Origin: an uncultured Arcanobacterium sp.
GTDB lineage: Bacteria > Actinomycetota > Actinomycetes > Actinomycetales > Actinomycetaceae
Length of the DNA: 64,000 nt
Reading direction: 5' to 3'
Assembly: GCA_964403015.1 (NCBI GenBank)
Contig: CAYOEJ010000005.1
Location: 5,609 to 69,608 of the forward strand
This document shows positions 10,097-20,328 of the stretch, piece by piece. The notes below the pieces were generated by a model that was not told the origin of the DNA, ran no database searches, and worked only from the letters and a program-made list of their open reading frames with translations. The position numbers and the translations under genes were made by a program. Numbering within the stretch: position 1 is the stretch's first letter; each line of letters starts with the position of its first letter.

Positions 10097-10953
10097 GGAA
10101 GCTTCTCGCGGTCCTCTTGTTCTTGGGCGGACTGATTATTGGCTTCAGTGCCTCGACTGTGACTGCCCGACTCGAGGCTAGACCCACAGACTTTGACGTC
10201 GAGGTCCTCGGTGAACTTGGCGCACCCGTGAGTGTCACTACGTCCGGAGATACCAATGCAGCTCAGAGCGGTGCTGAGGTAGTTATAGATGGTGACGGGC
10301 GAGAGATCGAAGAGGATGGCCAAGTTCTTTATCGGGCCACTGCTTTCTCTTCATCGGATTCGGGGTGGACACGAATCTCTGGCGAGACGGGACCCATCAA
10401 CGCGATTGCGAACGAAGACAATCTGTCCAGTTTGACTGCGGCCATAGTTGGGCAAAGCGAAGGTAGCCGAGTCCTAGTCACGAACCCGCGGGATGAGGGC
10501 GAGCTCGTTGAGATCGTCGTCGTCGATCTTTTACCCACACTTGCCTACGGAACAAACCAAATTCTCCCTGCCTCAAACGGAATGCCAGGCATATCAGTGG
10601 ATGAGGAGGGCTTGCCAACCGTTGAAAGTGGTGGAGGCTCTGTCGGTGAACTGCGCACGGAGGTCTTGGTCCAAGGAGAAGGTGTCCAAGCGGCCGCTAA
10701 TTCTACGATCATTGCGAATTACTTGATCGTTGGTAGCGACGGTACGGTGGAAGAGAACACGTGGGACGGTGCCCCCGCTGCGACCTTAGATCTTAATGAG
10801 GTCTTCCCAGGATTGCGTGCGGGGCTGTCCGATCAGCGAGTCGGCTCCAGGGTGGTTGTCGCTATTCCAGCGGCGCAGGCTCAAGGTGATGCAGACACGG
10901 TTGTTATCGTCGACATTCTGGCGGTCGTGGACGCCGGCGACACCGAGGACTAA
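10093..10953 (+). CDS. membrane-anchored/secreted protein with two degenerate FKBP-like domains
   Basis: N-terminal hydrophobic anchor LLAVLLFLGGLIIGF. The C-terminal half (VLVQGEG...IIANYLIVGSDGTVEENTWDG...LDLNEVFPGLRAGLSDQRVGSRVVVAIP) follows the FKBP pattern, and an earlier weaker copy is present. FKBP genes often follow pafA in actinobacteria. Confidence 0.45.
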   Translation: MRKLLAVLLFLGGLIIGFSASTVTARLEARPTDFDVEVLGELGAPVSVTTSGDTNAAQSGAEVVIDGDGREIEEDGQVLYRATAFSSSDSGWTRISGETGPINAIANEDNLSSLTAAIVGQSEGSRVLVTNPRDEGELVEIVVVDLLPTLAYGTNQILPASNGMPGISVDEEGLPTVESGGGSVGELRTEVLVQGEGVQAAANSTIIANYLIVGSDGTVEENTWDGAPAATLDLNEVFPGLRAGLSDQRVGSRVVVAIPAAQAQGDADTVVIVDILAVVDAGDTED

Positions 10954-10995
10954 CTTAACGTTACCCTTGTGTCATTGTTCAGCAAGGAGAAAACA

Positions 10996-11760
10996 ATGTC
11001 TGTAGCCGTACGCGTTATACCGTGTCTCGACGTATCTCATGGCCGAGTTGTTAAGGGCGTCAACTTTGAAAACCTCAAAGAGGCTGGAGACCCCGTTGAG
11101 CTGGCCCGCAGGTACGGTGACATGGGAGCTGACGAACTTACCTTCCTCGATGTTTCTGCTTCCGTGGAGGATCGCGGCACCATGTTGGACGTCGTGCGAG
11201 CAAGCGCGGAGCAGATCTTCATTCCTCTCACTGTGGGTGGCGGAGTGCGTTCGGTTGACGACGTACGCGTCCTCCTGGAGGCAGGCGCGGACAAGGTGGG
11301 AATTAATACGGCCGCGATTTCGCGCCCCGAGCTCATCAGCGATGTTGCGACCGAGTTTGGCTCCCAAGTGATCACCCTTTCCGTGGACGCTCGGCGAGCT
11401 CAGTCGTGTGAATCAGGATATGAAGTCACCACGCACGGAGGCAAGAAGAGCGCCGGGATCGATGCGATTGAATGGGGCCAGCGCGCCGCTGAACTTGGAG
11501 CGGGCGAGATTCTCTTGAACTCGATGGATGCCGACGGAACCACCAGTGGCTTTGACCTCGAGATGATTGCAGATATGCGACGCGCGGTAGCAGTGCCGAT
11601 CATCGCCTCTGGCGGTGCTGGCACCGCCCAGCATTTCGTCGATGCTGTCCATGCTGGTGCCGACGCCGTTCTGGCAGCCTCGGTGTTCCACTTCGGAACG
11701 TTGACTGTTGGTGACGTCAAGGCCGCACTTGCCTCGGCTGGCATCGAGGTACGTCAGTGA
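10996..11760 (+). CDS. hisF: imidazole glycerol phosphate synthase cyclase subunit
   Basis: [24 protein letters not shown] and ASGGAG motifs. I moved the start to ATG 10996, which follows AAGGAG at 10984-10989. Confidence 0.9.
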   Translation: MSVAVRVIPCLDVSHGRVVKGVNFENLKEAGDPVELARRYGDMGADELTFLDVSASVEDRGTMLDVVRASAEQIFIPLTVGGGVRSVDDVRVLLEAGADKVGINTAAISRPELISDVATEFGSQVITLSVDARRAQSCESGYEVTTHGGKKSAGIDAIEWGQRAAELGAGEILLNSMDADGTTSGFDLEMIADMRRAVAVPIIASGGAGTAQHFVDAVHAGADAVLAASVFHFGTLTVGDVKAALASAGIEVRQ

Positions 11761-12104
11761 GAGACGATCTGCCTTCCATCAAGTGGAATGACCAGGGACT
11801 GGTGTGCGCGGTTGTTCAGGATGTTAGGACTCACGAGGTCCTTATGGTGGCGTGGATGAATGAGGAGGCTCTTTCACGGACTCTTACATCCGGACGCGCT
11901 TGGTACTGGTCGCGGTCCCGCGGTGAGTATTGGCGTAAAGGCGATACCTCGGGAAATATCCAGATCGTCCGTAGCGTACGCGTCGACTGTGACGCCGATG
12001 CGCTCCTACTCGAAGTTGAACAGACGGGCCCGGCATGCCATACCGGTGCACGAAGCTGTTTCGACGCTGGGGGAACACTCTCGCTTTCACAGAAGGAGAA
12101 CTAA
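11757..12104 (+). CDS. hisI: phosphoribosyl-AMP cyclohydrolase
   Basis: 115 aa. [21 protein letters not shown]...[26 protein letters not shown] is the HisI signature. The GTG start overlaps the hisF stop. Confidence 0.85.
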   Translation: MRDDLPSIKWNDQGLVCAVVQDVRTHEVLMVAWMNEEALSRTLTSGRAWYWSRSRGEYWRKGDTSGNIQIVRSVRVDCDADALLLEVEQTGPACHTGARSCFDAGGTLSLSQKEN

Positions 12105-13634
12105 ATGGTACGCAGTCTTGAATGGGGCGAGATTTGGCCGTCGCTCGAAGAATTCACCGAGTTGGGCAAAACCCGCCGAGTGGTTCCCGTAGCAATGAAA
12201 GTTCTCGTTGATGATGCCGCACCCGTTGCACTCTACAGGCTGCTTGCGCAGTCAAAGCCCGGCACATTCATCCTTGAAAGTGCGGAACGTGATGGGACCT
12301 GGTCGCGTTGGTCCTTCATCGGGACGTCGTCACGAGCATCGCTGGTAGCTCGAGACGGAGTTGCTACGTGGTTTGGAGATGTCCCTGAAGGCGTAAAGGT
12401 TAAGGGCTCGACTCTAGATGTCCTCGAATCCGCTCTCACGGAACTGCGAAGCGAGCCATTAGAAGGATTACCGCCACTCTCCGGAGGTCTGATTGGGGCA
12501 CTCGGGTGGGATGTCCTTTATGACTGGGAGCCGCAACTTCGCAAGAAGGCACCCGCCAACCATGACACCCCTGATGTTGCGATGTGCCTAGCTGATGATC
12601 TCATCGCGGTTGATCATCAAGAAAATGCCGTGTGGATTATCGCCAACGCGATCAACCGGAACAACACTGCTGAAGGCATCGGTGGCGCCTACAATGATGC
12701 AATTCAACGAATCGGACAGACTCGAATCAAACTGACGCTCGAACACTCGCTGCACGCCTCCGTCGTCGGCGAAGAGCAACAGAGCATTCCCACGCTACAA
12801 ACCTCCCAGCCCGAATTTGAAGCGGCTGTCCGGCGGGCAAAGGAAGCGATTGTTGACGGCGACGTCTTCCAAGTGGTCCTGTCACAGCGCATGGACGTCG
12901 ATTGCGCTGCCGATCCGCTGGATGTCTATCGTGTTTTGCGGACGATTAATCCCAGTCCGTACATGTATTACCTCAGGCTTTCCGACCCTGAGAACCCCGA
13001 GGGATTTTCCGTGGTGGGCTCGTCACCGGAAACATTGATGAAAGCTATCGATGGGAAGATTACAACCTTCCCTATTGCTGGTTCGCGGCCCCGCGGCAAG
13101 GATCCGCTAGAAGATCATGAACTTGCGGAGGAACTTCTTAAAGATCCGAAGGAACTTTCGGAACACGTCATGCTCGTTGATCTATCGCGCAATGACCTCG
13201 CGAAGGTCTGTAAACCAGGCACGGTCGAGGTAGTGGACATGATGCACATTAAACGCTTCTCCCACATCATGCACATAACTTCTACAGTGACGGGTGAATT
13301 GCGAGAGGATGTTGGTCCGGTCGATTGTTTGGCCGCAACGTTCCCTGCAGGCACGCTCTCTGGAGCTCCCAAACCGCGTGCCATCGAGCTCATTGACGAG
13401 CTGGAGCCATTCCGGCGCGGCATTTACGGTGGCGTCGTGGGTTACTTCGACTTCTCTGGCAACGCAGATCTGGCAATTGCCATCCGCACCGCGGTGATCT
13501 CACGAGGCAAAGCAAGCGTACAAGCCGGAGCAGGAATCGTCGCAGATTCCGTACCGGAAACCGAATTCGTGGAGACGAAGAACAAGGCCGCTGCGGCCGT
13601 TCGCGCGATTCAGATTGCGGGCGTCTTAGCATAG
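12105..13634 (+). CDS. trpE: anthranilate synthase component I
   Basis: 509 aa chorismate-binding enzyme with C-terminal FPAGTLSGAPKPRA and RGIYGGVVGY motifs. The ATG abuts the hisI stop (TAAATG). Confidence 0.9.
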   Translation: MVRSLEWGEIWPSLEEFTELGKTRRVVPVAMKVLVDDAAPVALYRLLAQSKPGTFILESAERDGTWSRWSFIGTSSRASLVARDGVATWFGDVPEGVKVKGSTLDVLESALTELRSEPLEGLPPLSGGLIGALGWDVLYDWEPQLRKKAPANHDTPDVAMCLADDLIAVDHQENAVWIIANAINRNNTAEGIGGAYNDAIQRIGQTRIKLTLEHSLHASVVGEEQQSIPTLQTSQPEFEAAVRRAKEAIVDGDVFQVVLSQRMDVDCAADPLDVYRVLRTINPSPYMYYLRLSDPENPEGFSVVGSSPETLMKAIDGKITTFPIAGSRPRGKDPLEDHELAEELLKDPKELSEHVMLVDLSRNDLAKVCKPGTVEVVDMMHIKRFSHIMHITSTVTGELREDVGPVDCLAATFPAGTLSGAPKPRAIELIDELEPFRRGIYGGVVGYFDFSGNADLAIAIRTAVISRGKASVQAGAGIVADSVPETEFVETKNKAAAAVRAIQIAGVLA

Positions 13635-13702
13635 TCCAGAAGGTGTCCGATTAGGCAATCACCGTAGTGGACTGGCTATTGTGGGAGCAGACGGAGGTAG
13701 GA

Positions 13703-14521
13703 ATGACTGTTTTAGACGACATCATCGCAGGCGTACGCGAAGACTTGGCAGTGCGCGAATCTCAGGTGAGCCTTGACCAGCTCAAGGAACGCGCCTCGCG
13801 AGTCCCCGGTGCTATTAATGCTGAAGAGAGATTACGGCCCGCGGGCCATCGCTCGGTTCAGATTATCTCTGAAGTCAAGCGAAAGAGTCCCTCGAAGGGT
13901 GCATTGGCCGACATCCCTGATCCTGCCAAACTTGCTGACCTCTATGAACAGGGCGGTGCAGCCGCGATCTCTGTTCTGACCGAGCAGCGGCGCTTCGGTG
14001 GAAGTCTTGACGATCTTGACGCGGTTCGTGCGCGGGTCAACGTCCCCATCCTTCGCAAGGACTTCGTGGTAACGCCCTATCAAATCTGGGAAGCTCGCGC
14101 CCACGGGGCAGATATCGTTTTGCTCATGGTAAGTGCTCTTGAGCAGACAGTTCTGACATCCTTTGTCGAGCGCGTTCACTCACTTGGAATGACTGCACTC
14201 GTTGAAGCACACACTCGCGAAGAAGCCCATCGGGCTATCGATGCCGGCGCACGAGTCGTGGGTATCAACGCCCGCAATCTCAAGACACTCGAAGTGGATC
14301 TGCGGGTTTTCGAACAGGTTATCGATGTTCTTCCAGGTGATCTCATTCGGGTGGCCGAATCCGGAGTGCGCGGGCCTCAGGACGTTCTCGATTACGCCCG
14401 CTCGGGTGCCGATGCGGTTCTTGTGGGAGAAGCGCTAGTTACCCACGGCGATCCCTTGCAGGCAATTCGCGACATGGTCGCGGCGGGCCAGCACCCATCC
14501 CTCGACGCTATCGAACGATAG
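13703..14521 (+). CDS. trpC: indole-3-glycerol phosphate synthase
   Basis: [19 protein letters not shown] and LRKDF motifs. I moved the start to ATG 13703, which follows GGAGG. Confidence 0.9.
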   Translation: MTVLDDIIAGVREDLAVRESQVSLDQLKERASRVPGAINAEERLRPAGHRSVQIISEVKRKSPSKGALADIPDPAKLADLYEQGGAAAISVLTEQRRFGGSLDDLDAVRARVNVPILRKDFVVTPYQIWEARAHGADIVLLMVSALEQTVLTSFVERVHSLGMTALVEAHTREEAHRAIDAGARVVGINARNLKTLEVDLRVFEQVIDVLPGDLIRVAESGVRGPQDVLDYARSGADAVLVGEALVTHGDPLQAIRDMVAAGQHPSLDAIER

Positions 14522-14528
14522 GAATCTC

Positions 14529-15746
14529 ATGAGCAAGATGTCGTTGGCTCAAGGCCCGTACTTCGATGAGTTTGGTGGTCAGTACATTCCAGAAGCACTG
14601 ATGGCCGCGCTGGCAGATCTCGAAGATGGCTGGAATAAGCTTAAGGATGACCCCACCTTTTTACGAGAACTAGACGAACTGCACCGCACCTATACGGGAC
14701 GTCCGTCAATCATTACCGAAGCCAAGCGTTTTGGTGAACACTGCGGCGGGGCACGAATTATCCTCAAGCGCGAGGACCTCAACCACACGGGCTCGCATAA
14801 GATCAACAACGTTCTTGGTCAGGCTCTCCTCACACGAGCGCTCGGCAAGAAGCGTGTGATCGCAGAGACCGGCGCGGGCCAGCATGGTGTTGCCACGGCC
14901 ACGGCAGCCGCACTGCTGGGACTCGACTGCACGGTATACATGGGGGAGATTGACGCCGAACGGCAGGCTCTCAACGTTGCGCGAATGGAATTGCTGGGCG
15001 CGAACGTTATTGCTGTCAATAACGGCTCGCGGACACTTAAAGACGCGATCAACGAGGCTTTCCGCGACTGGGTGACGAACGTTGAAACCACCAATTACCT
15101 TTTCGGAACTGCCGCGGGGCCGCACCCATTCCCATCCCTTGTTCGTGACCTGCAAAAGATCATCGGCGAAGAGGCACGTTCACAGGTGCTTGATCTTACT
15201 GGCGAACTTCCCGACGCCGTTCTCGCATGCGTGGGCGGTGGCTCAAATGCCATCGGAATTTTCAACGCGTTCCTCGATGATCCAACAGTGCGGTTAATTG
15301 GATGTGAAGCAGCCGGCGATGGAGTAGACACCGATCGTCACGCCGCGTCAATCACCGGCGGCACCGTTGGCGTGCTCCATGGCGCAAAAACCTTCCTTCT
15401 TCAGGACGAAGACGGGCAAACCATCGAGTCGCATTCAATTTCAGCCGGCCTCGACTATCCCGCCGTGGGACCTGAGCATGCGTGGCTCGCAAACATCGGA
15501 CGCGCTGAGTACTGGCCCATCACGGATTCCGCTTCGATGGAAGCTTTTGCTCTGCTCAGCCGCACCGAGGGCATCATCCCCGCCATCGAGTCAGCCCACG
15601 CACTTGCGGGTGCCATGCGTCTGGGACGAGAAGCGAAAGAGGCCGGCGATCAGCCGCCCACAATCCTCGTTTCTCTATCTGGACGTGGCGATAAGGATAT
15701 GGAAACGGCCGCCACGTATTTCGGGCTCGGAAAGGAACGCCAATGA
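14529..15746 (+). CDS. trpB: tryptophan synthase beta chain
   Basis: [11 protein letters not shown] (PLP lysine) and GGGSNAIG. 405 aa. Confidence 0.95.
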   Translation: MSKMSLAQGPYFDEFGGQYIPEALMAALADLEDGWNKLKDDPTFLRELDELHRTYTGRPSIITEAKRFGEHCGGARIILKREDLNHTGSHKINNVLGQALLTRALGKKRVIAETGAGQHGVATATAAALLGLDCTVYMGEIDAERQALNVARMELLGANVIAVNNGSRTLKDAINEAFRDWVTNVETTNYLFGTAAGPHPFPSLVRDLQKIIGEEARSQVLDLTGELPDAVLACVGGGSNAIGIFNAFLDDPTVRLIGCEAAGDGVDTDRHAASITGGTVGVLHGAKTFLLQDEDGQTIESHSISAGLDYPAVGPEHAWLANIGRAEYWPITDSASMEAFALLSRTEGIIPAIESAHALAGAMRLGREAKEAGDQPPTILVSLSGRGDKDMETAATYFGLGKERQ

Positions 15747-16549
15747 GCGTGTATTCAGGAGACGTCATTGACCGGGCCCTAGCTGAGGGACACCCAGCGT
15801 TCATCGGATACCTGCCGGTTGGTTATCCCTCAGTTCAAGGGTCGATCGACGCGGCTAAGGCGATCGTTGACGCTGGCGTAGACATCATCGAGCTGGGATT
15901 TCCGTACTCCGATCCATCAATGGACGGAACGATCATTCAAGAGGCCGCGCAGGCCGCACTTGATCGCGGGGTCAAACGTGCCGACATGTTCCGTGCCGTC
16001 GAGGAAGTCGCCTCCACCGGCGCGGCTGTGCTGATCATGACCTACTTCAACCCCGTCCTGCGGTACGGCGTCGACAATTTTGCGCGGGATTTGGCTAATG
16101 CGGGAGGCGCTGGACTCATCACGCCAGACCTCATCCCGGAAGAGGCGGGGGAGTGGATCGCCGCAGCTGACGAGTACGGTCTCGACAAGGTATTCCTCGT
16201 TGCTCCGTCGTCGACCAACGAAAGAATTTCAATCACGGCAAAAGCTAGTCGCGGATTTGTCTATGCGGCCTCGCGCATGGGAGTGACGGGCGTTCAATCG
16301 GATGTTGGTTCAGATGCAGAAGGTCTCGTCCAACGAGCGCGCACGCAGGGTGCTGAGCGCGTCGCCGTCGGTATCGGCGTGTCGAACAAGGAACAGGCTC
16401 TCGAAGTGGGATCGTATGCGGACGGCGTGATCGTCGGCTCGGCTCTTGTCAAGGCGCTCCTCGACAACGACGCCGATCCCAAGGCTGGTATCAGCGCCAT
16501 CACGGCAGTCGCAGCAGACATTGCTGAAGGCATTCATACGGCACGCTAG
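15743..16549 (+). CDS. trpA: tryptophan synthase alpha chain
   Basis: [18 protein letters not shown] motif. Overlaps the trpB stop. Confidence 0.9.
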   Translation: MSVYSGDVIDRALAEGHPAFIGYLPVGYPSVQGSIDAAKAIVDAGVDIIELGFPYSDPSMDGTIIQEAAQAALDRGVKRADMFRAVEEVASTGAAVLIMTYFNPVLRYGVDNFARDLANAGGAGLITPDLIPEEAGEWIAAADEYGLDKVFLVAPSSTNERISITAKASRGFVYAASRMGVTGVQSDVGSDAEGLVQRARTQGAERVAVGIGVSNKEQALEVGSYADGVIVGSALVKALLDNDADPKAGISAITAVAADIAEGIHTAR

Positions 16550-16564
16550 GTCAAGGAGTTACCT

Positions 16565-17494
16565 GTGCTTCCCATCTCCATCCCCTCACCCTCCCAATCC
16601 GAATGGATGATCGGACCGCTACCGTTGCGGGCCTACGCCATTGCGATTGTGATTGGCATCGTAGTCGCCTACTACATGGGCGACCGACGCTACCGAAAGA
16701 AGGGCGGACCGGAGGAAGTCACTCTCGATGTGACGGTGTGGATGGTTCTTTTTGGAATCGTTGGCGCGCGCCTTTACCACGTCATCACGACGCCCGATCC
16801 CTACTTTGGCGAAGGTGGAGATCCGCTTAAGGCTTTCCGGATTTGGGAAGGTGGACTGGGTATTTGGGGTGCCATTTCCGTGGGTGCTATTGGTGCGTAT
16901 ATCGCATTACGACGCCGAAATCTACGCTTCGGACCATTCGCAGATGCGCTGGCTCCTGGCATACTTGTCGCACAGGCGATCGGCCGTTTGGGTAACTGGT
17001 TTAACCAGGAACTCTTCGGCGGACCAACCGATCTCCCGTGGGGCCTTGAGATTTCGCCGGAGCGAATTCCCGCTGGGTACGACGCCGGGACCACGTTCCA
17101 CCCGACATTCCTGTACGAACTTCTGTGGTGTCTAGCAGCGGCAGCGCTGCTCATTTGGCTGGAGAAAAGGTTCAACCTGCGCGGAGGCCAGGTCATCGTC
17201 TCCTACGTCATGCTGTATACGCTTGGTCGGGTCTGGATTGAAATGCTCCGGATCGATGAAGCACAGACAGTTCTTGGTTTGCGACTGAACGTGTGGACGT
17301 CGGTCATCATCTTCCTTGCCGCTGCGATCACATTTGTGTGGCTGACAGGTCGGCTTAAGCGGCATCCACAACTCGCTGATATATATATCGACCCCTCTGA
17401 TGCGAAAGATCACGCAAACCGGAATAACCCGTCGGAAGACGGCGAGGCGTTGGACACTGTCTCGGAAGAGTCTTCCGAGCCGTCTGCCTCCTAG
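16565..17494 (+). CDS. lgt: prolipoprotein diacylglyceryl transferase
   Basis: Polytopic protein with GRLGNWFNQELFG and HPTFLYE motifs. Sits in the usual position after trpA in actinobacteria. Confidence 0.9.
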   Translation: MLPISIPSPSQSEWMIGPLPLRAYAIAIVIGIVVAYYMGDRRYRKKGGPEEVTLDVTVWMVLFGIVGARLYHVITTPDPYFGEGGDPLKAFRIWEGGLGIWGAISVGAIGAYIALRRRNLRFGPFADALAPGILVAQAIGRLGNWFNQELFGGPTDLPWGLEISPERIPAGYDAGTTFHPTFLYELLWCLAAAALLIWLEKRFNLRGGQVIVSYVMLYTLGRVWIEMLRIDEAQTVLGLRLNVWTSVIIFLAAAITFVWLTGRLKRHPQLADIYIDPSDAKDHANRNNPSEDGEALDTVSEESSEPSAS

Positions 17495-17519
17495 CCTCTC
17501 TATCAGGTAAGGTGGAATC

Positions 17520-18947
17520 ATGCGTAGAGCCAAGATTGTCTGCACACTAGGACCAGCCACCGGATCAAAAGAACGTATCGTCGAGCTTGTTAAAGTTGGA
17601 ATGAACGTTGCCCGTATTAATGCCTCCCACGGCAGCCACGCGGAGCATGAGGAGCGCATCAACTGGGTGCGCGAGGCTTCGGAAGAGCTTGATCAGCCCG
17701 TTGCCGTACTCGTGGACCTGCAGGGTCCAAAGATTCGCCTTGGACGATTTGCTGAAGGCCCCGTTCTTTTGGAGCAGGGAGATATCTTCACGATTACCAC
17801 TGAAGATGTGCCGGGTGACAAGGACCTCGTATCAACCACATTCAAAGGCCTGCCTGGCGACTGTTCGCCCGGTGACCGTATTTTGATTGATGACGGCAAG
17901 GTACAAGTCCAAGTTCTCTCGGTGGACGGACCCCAGGTGCGCACCGAGGTAATCGTTGGCGGTACCGTGTCCAATAACAAGGGCGTGAACCTACCGGGAG
18001 TAGCGGTGTCGGTTCCCGCGCTTTCTGAAAAGGATAAAGAGGACCTCGAATGGGGCCTCGAATATGGTGCTGACCTGTGCGCCCTGTCTTTTGTTCGCTC
18101 GGCATCTGATATTGACGACGTTCATGAAGTCATGGACCGCGTTGGTCGTCGTATCCCGGTGATCGCAAAGATTGAAAAGCCACAGGCAGTCGATGTTCTT
18201 GAAGATATCGTTCATGCCTTCGACGGCATTATGGTCGCACGTGGTGACCTCGGTGTGGAGCTTCCGCTTCAGCAGGTCCCTATCGTCCAGAAGCGCGCTA
18301 TTAACATCGCTCGTCGAAACGCAAAGCCGGTCATCGTTGCCACGCAGGTTCTCGAGTCGATGATTAGTTCGCCTACACCGACTCGCGCAGAGACCTCGGA
18401 CTGTGCCAACGCCATTCTCGATGGCGCCGACGCCGTCATGCTCTCGGGTGAGACTTCGGTCGGTAAGTACCCGGTTATCTGCGTACAGACAATGGCGTCG
18501 ATTATTGAGTTCACCGAAGATCACGGTCTCGAAACCATTCCGAAGATCGGTAACCTTCACCGCACCCGTAACGGAGTTATCACCCGCTCGGCGATGGATA
18601 TTGGCGAGGCGCTGGGGGTTAAGTTCCTTGCGGTCTTTACGTCCTCCGGCCAAACGGCGCGCCGCATGGCACGTCTTCGTGCTCGGATCCCACTGCTCGT
18701 TTTCACCCCCTCCGAGGATATCCGCAAGCAGCTTGCCTTGACGTGGGGCGTTGAAACGCTCAACGTGCCACAGGTTCAGCACACCGATGACATGGTCAAT
18801 CAGGTGGATGCGATCCTTCGTGAGCGCGGCATGGCGATCGACGGTGATCGAGTGGTGATCGTATCCGGTATGCCTCCTGGCCAGGTAGGCTCCACGAACA
18901 CGATTCGAATTCACAAGATGGGTGAGACCTTGCCTGGTCACATGTGA
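17520..18947 (+). CDS. pyk: pyruvate kinase
   Basis: MRRAKIVCTLGPA, MVARGDLGVE. 475 aa. Confidence 0.95.
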   Translation: MRRAKIVCTLGPATGSKERIVELVKVGMNVARINASHGSHAEHEERINWVREASEELDQPVAVLVDLQGPKIRLGRFAEGPVLLEQGDIFTITTEDVPGDKDLVSTTFKGLPGDCSPGDRILIDDGKVQVQVLSVDGPQVRTEVIVGGTVSNNKGVNLPGVAVSVPALSEKDKEDLEWGLEYGADLCALSFVRSASDIDDVHEVMDRVGRRIPVIAKIEKPQAVDVLEDIVHAFDGIMVARGDLGVELPLQQVPIVQKRAINIARRNAKPVIVATQVLESMISSPTPTRAETSDCANAILDGADAVMLSGETSVGKYPVICVQTMASIIEFTEDHGLETIPKIGNLHRTRNGVITRSAMDIGEALGVKFLAVFTSSGQTARRMARLRARIPLLVFTPSEDIRKQLALTWGVETLNVPQVQHTDDMVNQVDAILRERGMAIDGDRVVIVSGMPPGQVGSTNTIRIHKMGETLPGHM

Positions 18948-19016
18948 TTAGGCTCCTAGCACACTGTTTTAGCCCCGGGCCGTCAGTGCGATAAAATCGC
19001 TGGTGCCGAGGCAAAC

Positions 19017-19098
19017 GCTCCTGTGGTGGAATTGGCAGACACACTGCACTCAAAATGCAGCGCTGAAAGGCATGCGGGTTCGAGTCCCGCCGGGAGCA
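19017..19098 (+). tRNA. tRNA-Leu (anticodon CAA)
   Basis: Folded by hand. Acceptor GCTCCTG/CGGGAGC (one G-U), 3-bp D stem, anticodon stem CTGCA/TGCAG with loop CTCAAAA, a long variable arm, and T arm GCGGG-TTCGAGT-CCCGC. Discriminator is A and no CCA is encoded. Confidence 0.9.
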
Positions 19099-19167
19099 CT
19101 ATCAATGACAGCATTGATGAGCGCCATCTTTTGATGGGCATTGGTGGACTTTGCCAAAGGAGGCAAC

Positions 19168-19818
19168 GTGACGAAGGATGATTCTCAAACGCCCTCAACC
19201 ATCGCGGATTCAGAGGTTGAGAAACTTGCAGATAGCACTGATCCTCGCACAGTTCGAGCTCTCGTCGTCGAAGACGAAACACTCATCCGACTCGACATCG
19301 TCGAAACCCTGAAGGAAGCCGGCTATACGGTCGTGGGTGAAGCCGGTAGCGGTGAAGAAGCAATGCAACTCGCAGCCGAGCTCGAGCCTGACCTCATCGT
19401 CATGGACGTCAAGATGTCTGGTATCGATGGCATCACCGCAGCTAAGCGCATTATGGCCGAGCAGCGGTGCGCTGTTGTTATGCTCACCGCCTTCTCGCAG
19501 AAGGAGATTGTCGATCGCGCCCGCGATGCCGGAGCGATGGCCTTCGTAGTCAAACCATTCACACCGGCTGATCTCATTCCGGCCGTAGAAATCGCGCTCT
19601 CGCGCTACCAGGAGATCATCTCGCTGGAGGCCGAGGTTAGTTCACTCAGTGAGCAATTCGAAACTCGCAAGAGGATCGATCGTGCCAAGGGTCTTCTCCA
19701 GGACAAGATGGGTCTGACAGAACCTGAAGCCTTCCGCTGGATTCAGAAGACTTCCATGGATCGTCGTCTAACGATGCGTGAGGTTGCAGACGCTGTCGTC
19801 GACCAAGTCGGCAACTAG
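19168..19818 (+). CDS. pdtaR: ANTAR-domain response regulator (PdtaR-like)
   Basis: REC domain (ALVVEDE, IVMDVKM) followed by ANTAR (ETRKRIDRAKGLLQDKMGLTEPEAFRWIQKTSMDRRLTMREVA). I prefer GTG 19168, which follows AAGGAGG at 19157-19163, over the track TTG 19141. Confidence 0.8.
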   Translation: MTKDDSQTPSTIADSEVEKLADSTDPRTVRALVVEDETLIRLDIVETLKEAGYTVVGEAGSGEEAMQLAAELEPDLIVMDVKMSGIDGITAAKRIMAEQRCAVVMLTAFSQKEIVDRARDAGAMAFVVKPFTPADLIPAVEIALSRYQEIISLEAEVSSLSEQFETRKRIDRAKGLLQDKMGLTEPEAFRWIQKTSMDRRLTMREVADAVVDQVGN

Positions 19819-19853
19819 TCAGCTCCAGAATTTCGAACGTGCCGCGAGGACAC

Positions 19854-20276
19854 TCAACGGCGTACAAAGACACAGGTGAGTCGGCCAACAGCGGTAAGTT
19901 CGCCGTCGTCGTTCACAACCTCCACGTGAGCCGTCATCGAATTCGTCCCGACCTTAATGACGCTCGCCGTGGCGGTCGCAAAGCCCGCGGTATTCGCCAG
20001 AAGCTGTGACACGTTGAGTTCTGTTCCCACTGGCAACCGGCCATCGGGGCAGTTCATATAGGCAAGCCGAGATGCGGCTTCTTCCACGAGCACGCCGTTC
20101 GCACCGCCATGCAGGATTCCGAACGGCTGCGTGTTGCCTTCCACCGGAATTCGAATGACGACGCTTCGCTCGTCTTGCGCGAGCACCTCGAGATGCATGG
20201 CGTAGCCGAGTTGTCCGGGCTGAGGCTGTAGGGCAGGCGTTGATTCGGTTTGGTTCATAGCTCTACGATAGTCCAT
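19854..20276 (-). CDS. PaaI-type hotdog-fold thioesterase
   Basis: NTQPFGILHGGANGVLVEEA core. The start is trimmed to ATG 20276 (alternative 20258), because the track start 20354 would overlap polA. Confidence 0.7.
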   Translation of the reverse strand: MDYRRAMNQTESTPALQPQPGQLGYAMHLEVLAQDERSVVIRIPVEGNTQPFGILHGGANGVLVEEAASRLAYMNCPDGRLPVGTELNVSQLLANTAGFATATASVIKVGTNSMTAHVEVVNDDGELTAVGRLTCVFVRR

Positions 20277-20328
20277 CAGATTCGGTGCTCCTCGCGCATT
20301 GTCGGGGTGAACCATTAGGGTAGAGGCT

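Noticed and set aside
12060-12110. I looked for a trp leader peptide or attenuator upstream of trpE.
   Set aside because: The hisI stop directly abuts the trpE ATG (TAAATG), so there is no room for a leader. The his and trp genes appear co-transcribed.
18983-19282. 99-aa minus-strand ORF and a possible integration hotspot at tRNA-Leu.
   Set aside because: The ORF overlaps the tRNA and the pdtaR leader. There is no integrase, att-like repeat or foreign gene next to the tRNA, and both flanks (pyk, pdtaR, polA) are core genes.
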